From: a virus
Lineage: Duplodnaviria; Caudoviricetes
Reading direction: 5' to 3' (one strand)
DNA length: 27,381 nt
IMG/VR virus record: IMGVR_UViG_3300029822_000060
Location: 1-27,381 of that record
Shown: one piece after another, positions 1-10,200 of the stretch
Layout: each line of letters begins with the position of its first letter
Numbering within the stretch: the first letter of the stretch is position 1
Position numbers and translations under genes: made by a program
Notes under the pieces: generated by a model
Told to the model about the DNA's origin: nothing
Databases searched by the model: none
The model's input: the letters and a program-made list of their open reading frames with translations, nothing else

Positions 1-546
1 AGTTTCATACTCTCTTAATACCTCCAGTAGTCTTTCATTTGGCACTCTATCGACATAGACAAGTTTCCCCTTTTTCCGTTTCGGCAACCAGATAGGAGCG
101 AGTTTTTTCGGCGGGTATCCCATTTTCTCAAGTGCCATCGCATAAAACGATAACTGATAAGATATGTATTCTTTGTCTAACGCATAGGTGGTTTTAATAT
201 CGATAAGCGTTAGTTCCCCGTTGATTTCGGCTAACATATCATATCGACCCGCATACTTCACTTCCCCATCGTAATAAACCATTTGCTCTTGAGCGACAAT
301 TTTGATATTATGCTCTTTTTTTATTTCTTGATATTCCTTAAATTTCTCTTTTTGGATATCGTCAAGGAATATATCATTATCTCGTTCGATGGCATCGTGA
401 ATCGCCGTTCCAAAGTCGGCGGCAGCTTGTAGGATATGTTCGGGAACATTTTTATATTTATCCTTAAACACCGTCGCTCGTAAGATTGCCGATACACTTG
501 GTATTTCAAAGTAGTATTGGTGCGTTTCGTTATTGAACTTCAGCAC
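1..546 (-). CDS. PD-(D/E)xK exonuclease (lambda Exo/RecB-like), missing from the ORF track; runs off the window end
   Basis: Hand translation from GTG at 546: MLKFNNETHQYYFEIPSVSAIL...GTAIHDAIE...EQMVYY...YAGRYDMLAEINGELTLIDIKTT...YQLSFYA...LREYET. It has the G-x-x-D...D-x-K-T and Q-xxx-Y motifs, no stop inside the window, and follows an ERF gene. Confidence 0.85.
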   Translation of the reverse strand, partial: MLKFNNETHQYYFEIPSVSAILRATVFKDKYKNVPEHILQAAADFGTAIHDAIERDNDIFLDDIQKEKFKEYQEIKKEHNIKIVAQEQMVYYDGEVKYAGRYDMLAEINGELTLIDIKTTYALDKEYISYQLSFYAMALEKMGYPPKKLAPIWLPKRKKGKLVYVDRVPNERLLEVLREYET

Positions 547-1117
547 TTTTTTCGAGTTCCTTAATTGTCCGCTTATGTGCTTGTAAAAGTTGGGCATCGG
601 TTAATTCCGCAAAAGTGCCAACTTTGAAATAACTTAACATTTGATTTTTTAAGGATTCGGGTGCGGTTATTTCGATTTCATAAAGCATAATATCTCGGTT
701 GCTTGATTTTGCAATGGTCTTTTTTTCATCGATAACTTTGCTTTGGTCTTTATTATCGACTTGATCGGATTCAGTCAAGTTCAAGTAATTAAGATAAGCA
801 TAGCGTTTCGCATAGGTGTTTTCCGCACCCACCTTTTGGATTTCTAAAGCACCTTTCATATTGGCTTCACGCACTCTAACGGTAAACACCACTTGGGCAT
901 CGCTCGTTGTGTCGCAGATAACTAAATCGCCACTTTCGTTATCTCTTAATGTAAACATTGAAATAAGCCCGAGTTCATTTTCTAAATCGATGGTTTGTGG
1001 TAAAAAGTCCGCTAATTCATAATAAGTAAATCCCGCAAAAGCGTTCTTGCCCGTTTTTTTCAAGTTGGCATCCTTGATTTTTTTTCTGATCGTATTGATT
1101 TTTCCGTAAATTGTCAT
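530..1117 (-). CDS. ERF-family single-strand annealing protein
   Basis: N-terminal KTGKNAFAGFTYYELADF and G(AENT)YAKRY motif typical of ERF; ATGA overlap with the upstream HTH gene (alternative start 1123). Confidence 0.85.
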   Translation of the reverse strand: MTIYGKINTIRKKIKDANLKKTGKNAFAGFTYYELADFLPQTIDLENELGLISMFTLRDNESGDLVICDTTSDAQVVFTVRVREANMKGALEIQKVGAENTYAKRYAYLNYLNLTESDQVDNKDQSKVIDEKKTIAKSSNRDIMLYEIEITAPESLKNQMLSYFKVGTFAELTDAQLLQAHKRTIKELEKSAEVQ

Positions 1118-1338
1118 TTCCATTTCCTTTCATTTAACTCGATAAGTTCGAGTAAGACCTTTTCATCGCCATTTGTTAATACATTGTTTAAGCGTATCAA
1201 TGTTTCCACTTGTGCTTTTTTCCTATCGTTTTCGAGATAAACGATCGTGGCGGATGAAAACCCCGTTAAATCGCAAAGTTTCGCCTGTGATAAACCTTTT
1301 TCAGTGCGAAGTAGTTTAATTTTTAGTCCTAATGTCAT
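1114..1338 (-). CDS. XRE/Cro-family HTH regulator
   Basis: LGLKIKLLRTEKGLSQAKLCDLTGFSSATIVYLEN pattern; SD AAAGGAG; first gene after a sigma70-like promoter. Confidence 0.9.
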   Translation of the reverse strand: MTLGLKIKLLRTEKGLSQAKLCDLTGFSSATIVYLENDRKKAQVETLIRLNNVLTNGDEKVLLELIELNERKWK

Positions 1339-1384
1339 TTTCTCTCCTTTCTGGCTCGTTTTATGAACCTTATTCTATACTCTT

Positions 1385-1413
1385 ATTATACGCCATTATT
1401 AAAGTAAAAACAA
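1385..1413 (-). promoter_or_regulatory. sigma70/sigmaA-type promoter for the recombination operon
   Basis: TTGTTT-N17-TATAAT on the minus strand, in the intergenic gap upstream of the XRE gene. Confidence 0.65.
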
Positions 1414-1441
1414 TAAAAAAGATTGTTTAATTTAACATTAT

Positions 1442-1459
1442 AAAAAAAGAACGGTTCTT
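1442..1459 (-). terminator. Possible weak intrinsic terminator at the end of the late operon
   Basis: AAGAA-CCG-TTCTT followed by a T-run directly after the lipoprotein stop; the stem is AT-rich and weak. Confidence 0.3.
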
Positions 1460-1745
1460 AATATCTATCTCTAATTGTCCAGTTAAAGTCGCCTACATAA
1501 GTATAAGTCGCAAGTAGTGTATTCGGTTCACCAAGCGGTCGATTCTCGATTCTTTTTATCGTTAGTTCGCCATTTTTATATAAGTAGTGGACATCATCCC
1601 AATCGCCGTTTTTATAGTAATCACTATAAGTTGCGTAAGTCACATACAATACGGCGGTATCTCGTAATTGCCCTTTTCTTTCAATAGAACAACCGCCAAG
1701 CAATAGACTGCTTAACGCTAAACCGATGACTAACTTTCGATCCAT
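1458..1745 (-). CDS. Lipoprotein (possible superinfection exclusion or receptor-blocking protein)
   Basis: MDRKLVIGLALSSLLLGG-C: basic N-terminus, hydrophobic core, lipobox LGGC. Confidence 0.75.
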   Translation of the reverse strand: MDRKLVIGLALSSLLLGGCSIERKGQLRDTAVLYVTYATYSDYYKNGDWDDVHYLYKNGELTIKRIENRPLGEPNTLLATYTYVGDFNWTIRDRY

Positions 1746-1879
1746 TTTTCGCCATCCCATTTCGGAGCATTAAGCCCTTGACTTGGTTCGACCGTTAAAC
1801 CAATTTCCGTTTCTTCATCAAATGTAAAGTCATCTCGTAAGAATAGTCCTGTTTCTTTGTCAATAATTCGATATAACAT
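1730..1879 (-). CDS. Small tail-fibre-associated protein (49 aa), below the ORF-track cutoff
   Basis: MLYRIIDKETGLFLRDDFTFDEETEIGLTVEPSQGLNAPKWDGEKWIES; SD GGGGG; P-x-WDG-x-x-W motif typical of small proteins after phage fibre genes. Confidence 0.75.
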   Translation of the reverse strand: MLYRIIDKETGLFLRDDFTFDEETEIGLTVEPSQGLNAPKWDGEKWIES

Positions 1880-1890
1880 AGTTTCCCCCC

Positions 1891-4884
1891 TTAAATTGTC
1901 GCAAAGCGAGTATTGATAAATATAGTCGCATTAGCATTTGAAACGATAGTCCCATTAGTGTTAATTATTACATAACCGAAAGTTCCCGTTGATGATACAA
2001 CCGGTATTCTTAAAGTGGTTAATGGTCGATAACCAACGGGCAGTGTTAAGTTTGTGCCAAAAGTAGTAATTGTTAAGTTTCCAGCAATATCGACATACCC
2101 TAAATCATCTTTTCGATAGGTTAAAAAAGTAGTGGTCGCATTAGTTAAAGTTGGTGTCATTCTTGTTTCTTGCGTGAAACCTAATAACATTAAGTCTTTA
2201 AGGTCAATAGTGGTTGTTTGGAAGAAACCTTTTAACTTAATGATAGCGTCCATTTGTTCCTTAGTAGGTTCATTACCTGCACCAAAAGTGGCGGTAAGGT
2301 TGATAACCCCCATGTAATCGACTTCGATAGGCGTCCAACTTGAACTTCTAAGATCGCTAATTTGTAATTGCCTACTTGTAGCAAGTGTGTAAACCGCACT
2401 CACAAATTCAAAACTATTACTTCCTGTGTGGAAATTTGTTGTTGTAAGATCAGGAATTGTCAATCTAACATTTATGGAATCGGTTTTATATCTGGAAAAA
2501 ACATACATCTTATCATTAGTATTACCCACGAAATCATATGCTAATCTGCCATATTGAGCAGTTGCAGTAAATTTTGATATACCACTTATTAAAGTAATAT
2601 CAGTGGTATTTATATATGTAAACCCTAATGCTTGGTTTTCATTCGGACTTGCTTTTGGCGTCAATAAATCCCCATTACTGATTATGTTAGTTAAAACTAA
2701 TTTGTCCGCCTTGTCATTGAATAAATCTTTAATCGTAATATCCGTAGTTTGGAAGAAACCTTTGGCTTGAATAATTCTATCCATTTGTTCTTTGGTAGGT
2801 TCTTTACCAGCACCGAATGCTTGTGTAAGATTGATGGCTCCCATATAGTCGACTTCAATAGGAGTAAAATCACTCGTTCTCCTATCGGTTATTTGTACGG
2901 AATTAAATGTTCCATTAGCGGTTTGCAAATTGCTTACAAACTCAAAAATATTACTACCACTATGATAAGCAAATGCTTGGGAACTATTCATTACACCTAC
3001 CAAAGCCACCAATGGACTTGTTGCCTTAACATTGGCAAAATAATATATTTTATGATTCAAAGGGAAAGCGATTGAGTATTGAATTCTACCAAACTCTGCC
3101 GTTGAAGTAAATTTCGCTATACCGCCACTTAAAGTTATATCAGTAGTATTAGTGTAAATAAATCCCAAAGGTTCGTTTTGATTAGGCGATGGTTTGGCAA
3201 CTAAGAAATCACCATTACTCACAAGGTTAGACAATAATAATTTATCGGCTTTTTCACTGGAAAGTTCATCAATAGCGGTCTTTACATTAGTCGAACTTAA
3301 CCCGCTAATTGTGCCGTCATAACTGATTTCATTGGCAGTAATACCATCTAATTTAATTCCCCATAATTTAACTGATGTAGGCGTTGTAATGGTAAAATCT
3401 GTCGCTCCACGAGTTAAATAAACTGTCGGACTTAGCGATATAACATTACCACTAACGATTTCACTTGGTTTGAAAGTTCCCGTGTATGTATTATTAACAT
3501 CTTTTCCTAATGCGATTACAAAATTATAAGCACTTAAATCACTCGCTAATACTGTTTGTCCATCAGTATATGAACCAATTAGTATATCTTGTAAATTCGC
3601 CATACCTAATAAATCAGTTAAGCGTTGTTCAATTTCGGTTTGCGAATAGGTTTGTGCTTTGGTATAGCGATTATTTAACTCGGCATAGATATTAACTATT
3701 CTTTGTTCAATCGTCCAAGTGTCGCCATTACCAACTTTTATATCAGTGCCATTAAGCACGACAACCCCTAATTTTCCATTAACACTCATAACGGCATCGG
3801 TATTATCTACCTTATCCCAAGTTGTTCCGTTAAAGACCGCCCAGTCTCCTACTTTGTAATCAGCCCCGCCGATTGTCCCGTTGCCGATAGAAATGTAAAA
3901 CCAGCCTTTTTCAGGCGATGATGGATAAGCTGTTGGTGTAAATGTCCCTTTGTATTCTAATTGCCCTAAAACGCTATCTGGTAAAAGAATACTAGGTATT
4001 TTAGCGTTGCCATCAAGTCCGGCATAACCATTGGTTTGGTTCTTTTCGCTTAAACTTTGTTTAGTCGCCCCCATAGAAGCGATATCACTGGCGATATTGT
4101 TAATTTTAACCTTATCTTCTTTTGCTAAAAGTCCATCGACACTCGTGGTCGCTTTTGGTAGGTCGATTAAATCGGCATCGATTGTATTGCCATCGTAACT
4201 TTTTAATGTAATCGCAATTCGATTATTGCTGCTTGAATAGACTAAATCGAGTTTATTCGCATAGGTGCTTTTAATCGTGTTCCCTAAATCATCCTTTAAC
4301 GCTTTACTGACAACCGTTGTGCCGTCCTCTATCTTATTAATATCTTGTTCGGCAACATTCATGCGGTTTTGTAAATCTAAAATATCGGCTTGGGCGACGC
4401 CCATTGTTTCTTCTAAATCGCCAATTTGCCCTTGCCAACTCCCCACATACCAAATGAGATAGTCATATTGGGCTTGTGTGATGTTTTGGTCGCTCTTAAT
4501 CACGCCAGTTTCCGCTTTGAATACTAAAACACCTAACGCACTTAAAGTGTCCTCGTAGGTCATTCTAATCGTTGCTTGGTAAACTCCCTCAATCGTGATT
4601 TCATCCGAAATAGTGAATTTGTAAAATTCGTATTCTTTGTAGTCCTTAAAAAACTTCATATCCCGTTTTGGATCATACGGGATTTCCCGCACGACTTTAT
4701 TTGCAATAAATGATTTCTCGACCGATAAAGTGCCATCTGGTCTTTTAAGCGTGAGCCAGATATCATCCAACTCCACTTCATCTACATAGACATAAATCTC
4801 GTTTGCGTTCAAATCGCCAAGTCTTGCCGACTTATCGTTGATGACTTCTTGTAAGACTCCGTTTCTATCAAAATAAATAAACAT
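1891..4884 (-). CDS. Tail fibre / receptor-binding protein with BppU-like N-terminus
   Basis: N-terminal TLKRPDG...GVYQATIR (BppU-like), coiled coil, fibre motifs NGYAGLDGNAKIP, VMSVNGKLGVVVL and GLSSTNVKTAIDEL, two tandem ~180-aa modules, C-terminal LPVGYRP domain. Confidence 0.85.
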   Translation of the reverse strand: MFIYFDRNGVLQEVINDKSARLGDLNANEIYVYVDEVELDDIWLTLKRPDGTLSVEKSFIANKVVREIPYDPKRDMKFFKDYKEYEFYKFTISDEITIEGVYQATIRMTYEDTLSALGVLVFKAETGVIKSDQNITQAQYDYLIWYVGSWQGQIGDLEETMGVAQADILDLQNRMNVAEQDINKIEDGTTVVSKALKDDLGNTIKSTYANKLDLVYSSSNNRIAITLKSYDGNTIDADLIDLPKATTSVDGLLAKEDKVKINNIASDIASMGATKQSLSEKNQTNGYAGLDGNAKIPSILLPDSVLGQLEYKGTFTPTAYPSSPEKGWFYISIGNGTIGGADYKVGDWAVFNGTTWDKVDNTDAVMSVNGKLGVVVLNGTDIKVGNGDTWTIEQRIVNIYAELNNRYTKAQTYSQTEIEQRLTDLLGMANLQDILIGSYTDGQTVLASDLSAYNFVIALGKDVNNTYTGTFKPSEIVSGNVISLSPTVYLTRGATDFTITTPTSVKLWGIKLDGITANEISYDGTISGLSSTNVKTAIDELSSEKADKLLLSNLVSNGDFLVAKPSPNQNEPLGFIYTNTTDITLSGGIAKFTSTAEFGRIQYSIAFPLNHKIYYFANVKATSPLVALVGVMNSSQAFAYHSGSNIFEFVSNLQTANGTFNSVQITDRRTSDFTPIEVDYMGAINLTQAFGAGKEPTKEQMDRIIQAKGFFQTTDITIKDLFNDKADKLVLTNIISNGDLLTPKASPNENQALGFTYINTTDITLISGISKFTATAQYGRLAYDFVGNTNDKMYVFSRYKTDSINVRLTIPDLTTTNFHTGSNSFEFVSAVYTLATSRQLQISDLRSSSWTPIEVDYMGVINLTATFGAGNEPTKEQMDAIIKLKGFFQTTTIDLKDLMLLGFTQETRMTPTLTNATTTFLTYRKDDLGYVDIAGNLTITTFGTNLTLPVGYRPLTTLRIPVVSSTGTFGYVIINTNGTIVSNANATIFINTRFATI
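2190..3253 (-). repeat. Tandem duplication (~540 bp period) inside the tail fibre gene
   Basis: KADKLLLSNLVSNGDF...PIEVDYMGAINLTQAFGAGKEPTKEQMD...KGFFQTT and KADKLVLTNIISNGDL...PIEVDYMGVINLTATFGAGNEPTKEQMD...KGFFQTT. Confidence 0.95.
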
Positions 4885-4886
4885 AA

Positions 4887-5747
4887 TTATTCCTCCTGTG
4901 TCTTTTCTTGTTCGACTTCGACCATAATCTCTTTTGGTTTTTCAACCGGTATCGCTTTTAGTTCGTGTGTTCCCTTTTTATAATCGATATATCCACTATA
5001 CAAAGTATGCTTTAATATAACTCCTTTTGGGATAGCGAATTTTAATCTAAACATCGGCGGCATAAACGATAACAAGTAAGTAATGATAAGGTTAGTAGAG
5101 ATTACGATAACACTCATCATCGCTTCGCCAAGACCATCAATGTTGAATACAATGTTTACACTCAATGCCCCGAATAATAAACCAGTAAGGACTTTACCCG
5201 CTCTTTTTCCCCATATGCCCTTATTCTTATTAAATGAGCTCTCGTATTTAATTTCGCCATTTTTAGTCAGTTCGTAATATAAAGGTAAATTAAACCCACT
5301 AATATCGTGTCTAATCGGTTTTAATTTTTTGAACTTTCGCAGTTGTTTTTTGTTTAACTCGCTGACATCATCAACGCCATATTTATATAACAAATCTTCT
5401 TCTAATCGAACCTTTTCATTATAATTCAAAGTCTTGACATATTTCCTAAACTCGACCATTTCATTATTAACGCTTTTGATAATTTTATTATTAACCTCAT
5501 CGGCTGCCTTAAACTCCTCACTATCAACACCCGCAGTGATACCACTATTAATTGCCCCATTTTGAACATTTAAGTTTAGCCAAATAACAAAGGCAATGTT
5601 TAACCATGTGTTAGGATCATTCGCCACCGACTGAATGTCGCCATCCATTTGAAAAGTGCGATATGCTAAATAACCGATAATGGACATTAAGACAATAAGC
5701 CATGTAAGGTTTTTATATAAATTATCTAATAACTTACTCGTGGTCAT
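4887..5747 (-). CDS. Multi-pass membrane protein (~4 TM)
   Basis: Hydrophobic pairs near aa 15-60 and 185-230 around a basic soluble loop; coupled to neighbours. Confidence 0.8.
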   Translation of the reverse strand: MTTSKLLDNLYKNLTWLIVLMSIIGYLAYRTFQMDGDIQSVANDPNTWLNIAFVIWLNLNVQNGAINSGITAGVDSEEFKAADEVNNKIIKSVNNEMVEFRKYVKTLNYNEKVRLEEDLLYKYGVDDVSELNKKQLRKFKKLKPIRHDISGFNLPLYYELTKNGEIKYESSFNKNKGIWGKRAGKVLTGLLFGALSVNIVFNIDGLGEAMMSVIVISTNLIITYLLSFMPPMFRLKFAIPKGVILKHTLYSGYIDYKKGTHELKAIPVEKPKEIMVEVEQEKTQEE

Positions 5748-6469
5748 AAGAGCCTCCGTAATTCATCGATTAAAGCGTTTTGTTTTTGTTCCGTTTCATT
5801 AACCGGTTGTAAGGACTTAAAGTAAGCATCCTCGATACAATACGCCCCCCAACTGATAGTCGCTACTATAAAGACCGTTAAGATATTGCCAATAATCGCA
5901 TTAAGCACCCCAAGTAATATGGTAGAACTTAATAACGCAATAAAAGTTGCCGACTTTGGATATTTTCGGTGTAGTTTCATTTTACCACTGATAATACCGA
6001 CCACGATTAATGTCGCTATAACACTTACGATAAATGATAAGGATAATTTGTTCCCCGTTTGAATATTGATATGACTGACTTTATCCAACTTGATAATTGA
6101 TTCGCCATGTTCGTTTTTGCTATCGATAATCTCTAAAACTTTATCGAAATCATCACTTAAAAACCGAATGTAAGACTTATCTTTAATAATGTATTTTCCA
6201 TCAATTATTTTATCGTAATAGGTAAAGTCGATATTATAAAAAGTGAATTCATCAAGCGTAATTGCTAATGCGATGTTTTTCTCATTATATTGTTCGACCA
6301 CTACTTTCTCATTAATCGTTTCCACATCTACAACTAATGTATCATTAAAAGTTACTACATAGTCAGCAGTGGGTTTCGACCATATCGCACTTACTACCAA
6401 TGTAATTGAAATCGGTAAAGCGAGTGTCATCGCACCAATGATTCTAAATAATAGTTTCTTGTTTGCCAT
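5744..6469 (-). CDS. Membrane protein (N-terminal anchor, soluble domain, ~3 C-terminal TM)
   Basis: IIGAMTLALPISITLVVSAIW; LSFIVSVIATLIVVGII; FIALLSSTILLGVLNAIIGNILTVFIVATISWG. Confidence 0.8.
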   Translation of the reverse strand: MANKKLLFRIIGAMTLALPISITLVVSAIWSKPTADYVVTFNDTLVVDVETINEKVVVEQYNEKNIALAITLDEFTFYNIDFTYYDKIIDGKYIIKDKSYIRFLSDDFDKVLEIIDSKNEHGESIIKLDKVSHINIQTGNKLSLSFIVSVIATLIVVGIISGKMKLHRKYPKSATFIALLSSTILLGVLNAIIGNILTVFIVATISWGAYCIEDAYFKSLQPVNETEQKQNALIDELRRLL

Positions 6470-6920
6470 TTATTGCTTCCTCGATAAGTTCTTTTGCTTT
6501 TTTATCAATTAATGGGTTGCTTAATTTTGCGGATAAATCGGCAGTGATTAAATCGGCTAACTTTTCATTATCGGAAGTAAGTTGTTTTACCAAAATGCGT
6601 AATTCTCTCACTTCGTTTTTAATCTCGCTATATTTCTCGCCAACGCTAATAGCCGATTGTAATGCTTGATTTGTAAGATTCCGACTTTCTATTAACTTAC
6701 GGTTCAAAAAGTCGTTTAAGACCACGCCAAACCCACCAATGATGGCTAAACCACCACTCGTGATATAGTGTGTTGTTTTTTGTTGTAATTCGGTCAAGTT
6801 AAAACCGAATAAACTGACATCGCCTAAAAGTCCGCTAACCACTTCAACCCCGCTTAATGCGATGAAGCCAAAACTTATAGCAATAGCCAAAACCTTAATT
6901 ATCTTTTTTACTTTGTTCAT
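6444..6920 (-). CDS. Two-TM membrane protein with coiled-coil tail (holin-like topology)
   Basis: VLAIAISFGFIALSGVEVVSGLL and GGLAIIGGFGVVL followed by a heptad-like C-terminus. Confidence 0.75.
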   Translation of the reverse strand: MNKVKKIIKVLAIAISFGFIALSGVEVVSGLLGDVSLFGFNLTELQQKTTHYITSGGLAIIGGFGVVLNDFLNRKLIESRNLTNQALQSAISVGEKYSEIKNEVRELRILVKQLTSDNEKLADLITADLSAKLSNPLIDKKAKELIEEAINGKQETII

Positions 6921-7186
6921 CGTGAAATTAACTCCTTAATTGTATTTTCAAACACGAGTTCTAATTCGGCAAATTTCGTTTGCGTTTCCGCTAACTTTCG
7001 CTCTAACTCGATGGTCTTTTCTTTTAATTCGATAGCCTTTTTATTTACTTTTTCAATCTCAATATAAGTTTGATTTAGATATGCACTTTTGCTTGTTGCT
7101 TCCCATTTTTGGTTTGCGGGATTATACGCCAAAATCATATCTTTTTGTAAATTATTAATCGCCACATCTAATACTATTTTTGCCAT
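6917..7186 (-). CDS. Small coiled-coil protein
   Basis: SD AGGAG; ILAYNPANQKWEA then a heptad-rich helix; ATGA overlap with the next gene. Confidence 0.8.
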   Translation of the reverse strand: MAKIVLDVAINNLQKDMILAYNPANQKWEATSKSAYLNQTYIEIEKVNKKAIELKEKTIELERKLAETQTKFAELELVFENTIKELISR

Positions 7187-7201
7187 AAATTACTCCTATA
7201 T

Positions 7202-10200
7202 TTATATTATACGATATTTTTGTAAATTATCGTTTATTTCATCTGCACTTAATTCTTTAATTTCGCCAATGAGGTTATTGTTTTTATCATAAACCCGCTT
7301 GTCAGCGTTCGAGATAAGCGATAAATAAATCCGCACGAACCCATTTAAGCGATCCGTTTCCGTTAAATTAACCGCTAACATTAACTTATAACTACCGTTT
7401 GATTTATACCATAATTCGATTGTTTCAAAATCACCGGGCAGTAGAGTTATTTTAAGAGCCGGTTTTCCGTTGTGTATTTCGTATTGGTAAACATCGCTCA
7501 CGACCAGTGATGTATTATGATAATATTTTTTCCCGGTATCGACATCAAAATCTATATCGGCATCGGTTATCTCTTCCGTAATCGTGTGCTTTTGTATTTT
7601 TTCTCGGCGTTCAATGATAAATAAGTTCTTTTCATAAATTGTGGTAATTTGTTCTCCTACGGTTAAAAGATATAACACATCGATAAAGTCCGCTTTTTCC
7701 GCATTCGGATTAGTATAACCATTCCATTTTCCGTTTGAGATATTGTCGTCGGGTAGTAAATTAACATCGGTCGGACTAATAACTACCCCAAATGAGTATT
7801 TTCCCGCCGTGTCTGGTTGATTATAAAATAATGGGTTTGTGGCGGATGTCCCGGTGTTTAAGCGTTTGAAAGTAAAATCAACGTTGCCGCGATAAGGCGA
7901 TGGTCCGTAAATTTCAAGCCATAAGTCAGGAATGAACACCCCATACCAAACCTCGAAATCGCACTGAATTTTAATCTCGCTTGTTGAAACGGATTTTATC
8001 TCTTTTCCGGTAATGTAAACTTTATTTATCCGTAAATCATCACCTGTCCCGTATTCCCATTTCGCCACAAAGTTAGCGGTATCGCCTACATTTAAGGAGG
8101 CAAAATCTGTTGGGTCGATGTTTAATTGAATCGTGCCACGACCCGGTGTTTTGACTGACGATATAAAGGCTTGGTCGACAAACCCCCCACCAGCGACATC
8201 GTTTACTTCATAGGTTTGTTCGACTTTATTCACATTGCCGATTAAGTCGCTTAATTCAAGCATTTTAGGAGTAATGATAATATCCGGACTTGTCGCCACT
8301 GCTTCGATTTGCAGCGTATAATCTAAAATCTCTTTGTTGTCCTTATTTACTTTATAAACACCGCCGATAAGGTTCTTTTGGTCGTTAGGTTCGATGTTTT
8401 CATAAGGTAGTTTTAGCAACTTATCATCATAAATAGCGTCGATTTTTGCTTTATTATACGCTTGTGGTAATGTTTCATACTCGGTTTCAATATCTAAATG
8501 GCAAAAGTAAACGCCGATATTTTCGATAAAACCGGTTTCATTGTCATCGACCAATAAATACCAATCTTGCTTCGCTCCTACAACCGATGGTTCTTTTTCC
8601 TTAATGAAAACCCCGCCCGACACATTGTCGAACATTTGAATATTAAACGCCATTGAGTTTCCGCTAACGAATCGATTTACATCGCTTATATATGCTGCAT
8701 TATCTTTATAAAAGAAACCTTTATTGATTTGATTAGGCTTCTTAAAGTCATCTTTCGATGTCATTCTTTCATTAGGTCTTAGACCGCTTAAAATCTCGAA
8801 CTCCGGACTTGAAAAATTCTTAAATGAGATTGCTTGTTCTTTTTCATTAATATATTTCTCTTTATCTAATACTAAAAACATCTTTTTATTTTCGGATCTT
8901 ATCACACTTTCGCCATAAGATAATAAATTGCTTGTTCGGTGTTTAGCAAAAACACTCGTGAAGTAGTTTTTCATCACATAATCTTTCGAGCCGTAGTAAT
9001 TTGCTTTCACTTCGTTATTACCAACTGATATCACGCTTTTGAAAATCACGACATCATCATCATAGACTGCCCCGATATCTTGCACTTGGGAGAGATAGGT
9101 GTATTTCCCAGCAAGTGCGACAATTTCGTTCCCTAAGCGGTTTAATTTCTCTTTTTGAAAGATGCCATCGCTTTCGAGCAATGTTAAACTTGAACTCGGA
9201 TTATCATTGATGGTAATGTTTCCAAAATCGTTATCTTTAGAGTGAATTAAAGTCCCGTTATAAAACCCGTTATAATCGATTTCAAAGAATAGCCCTTTGA
9301 ACTTTAACGTCCCAACATTTGAATCATCGCTAAATGGACTTATAACATTCCCGTGATAACTTGTGGTGCTTTTTGGCGTAACGATTGTCCCTTTGTTAAA
9401 CGCATCTCGTACGATGTTATAAGCGTTGATGCCAAGCGGAGATATGTGTAAATCCATCACTCGTAAAATGTTTTCGATATATGTTTTTTCCGATGTCGAC
9501 CACCACCCACTTGGATATGTATAACTTGTTCCCCATCCACTGATGAATTTAGAACCGATATCATAACCCAAAGTCGCCAATCGATATTGTGCTAACTCTG
9601 TGATTGTAATCGGGTTAACATTTTCAAAATCGTTCCAGTCTTTACTTAATAAGTTTCTTGCTTCGTTAGTTAATACCAAAGGAGTGATGTCTTGTTTAAT
9701 TAGCATCATCGCATCTTCGCCTGTGTCTTCCACAGTTTTTTTAACGACAATCCGTTTGTAATAACACATTAAAATCTTATTAATCTTGTAAATCGGATAT
9801 CTCGTTTCTAACCGCATATTTTCTAATGTTAAAAGCCCATCATCTGAATTGCGAAATCCCATTTTTTCCACGAACCGCACTGAATTATCTTGACTTAAAG
9901 CATTGTTGTAATTCTTTTTTAAGTTTTGGGTATAACTCTCACTATCCATCGAGCGTTGAATATCAGTTATGTTATCTAAATTGAATGCTTTACCCCTTGC
10001 CGATAAGTCTAATGCTTTAATCACATTATTTTCGACCATCGGTGTTCTATCCCGTGTAATCATTAAATAAGATAATAAATCCCGCAAGTTTGGGTTATTA
10101 AGCGAGAAATCGGGAGCGTAAATATTGCTAAAAACACTTTCAAGTTCTGGATCAAGTTTATATTTTGGCTGATAAGTCCAAGTATTAAACTCCCCCGCTA

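Noticed and set aside
321-509. 62-aa minus-strand ORF in the track
   Set aside because: Out-of-frame shadow within the exonuclease gene at 1-546.
2190-3253. Tail fibre repeats as a diversity-generating retroelement TR/VR pair
   Set aside because: No reverse transcriptase; both copies are in frame in one gene and differences include indels rather than adenine-only changes.
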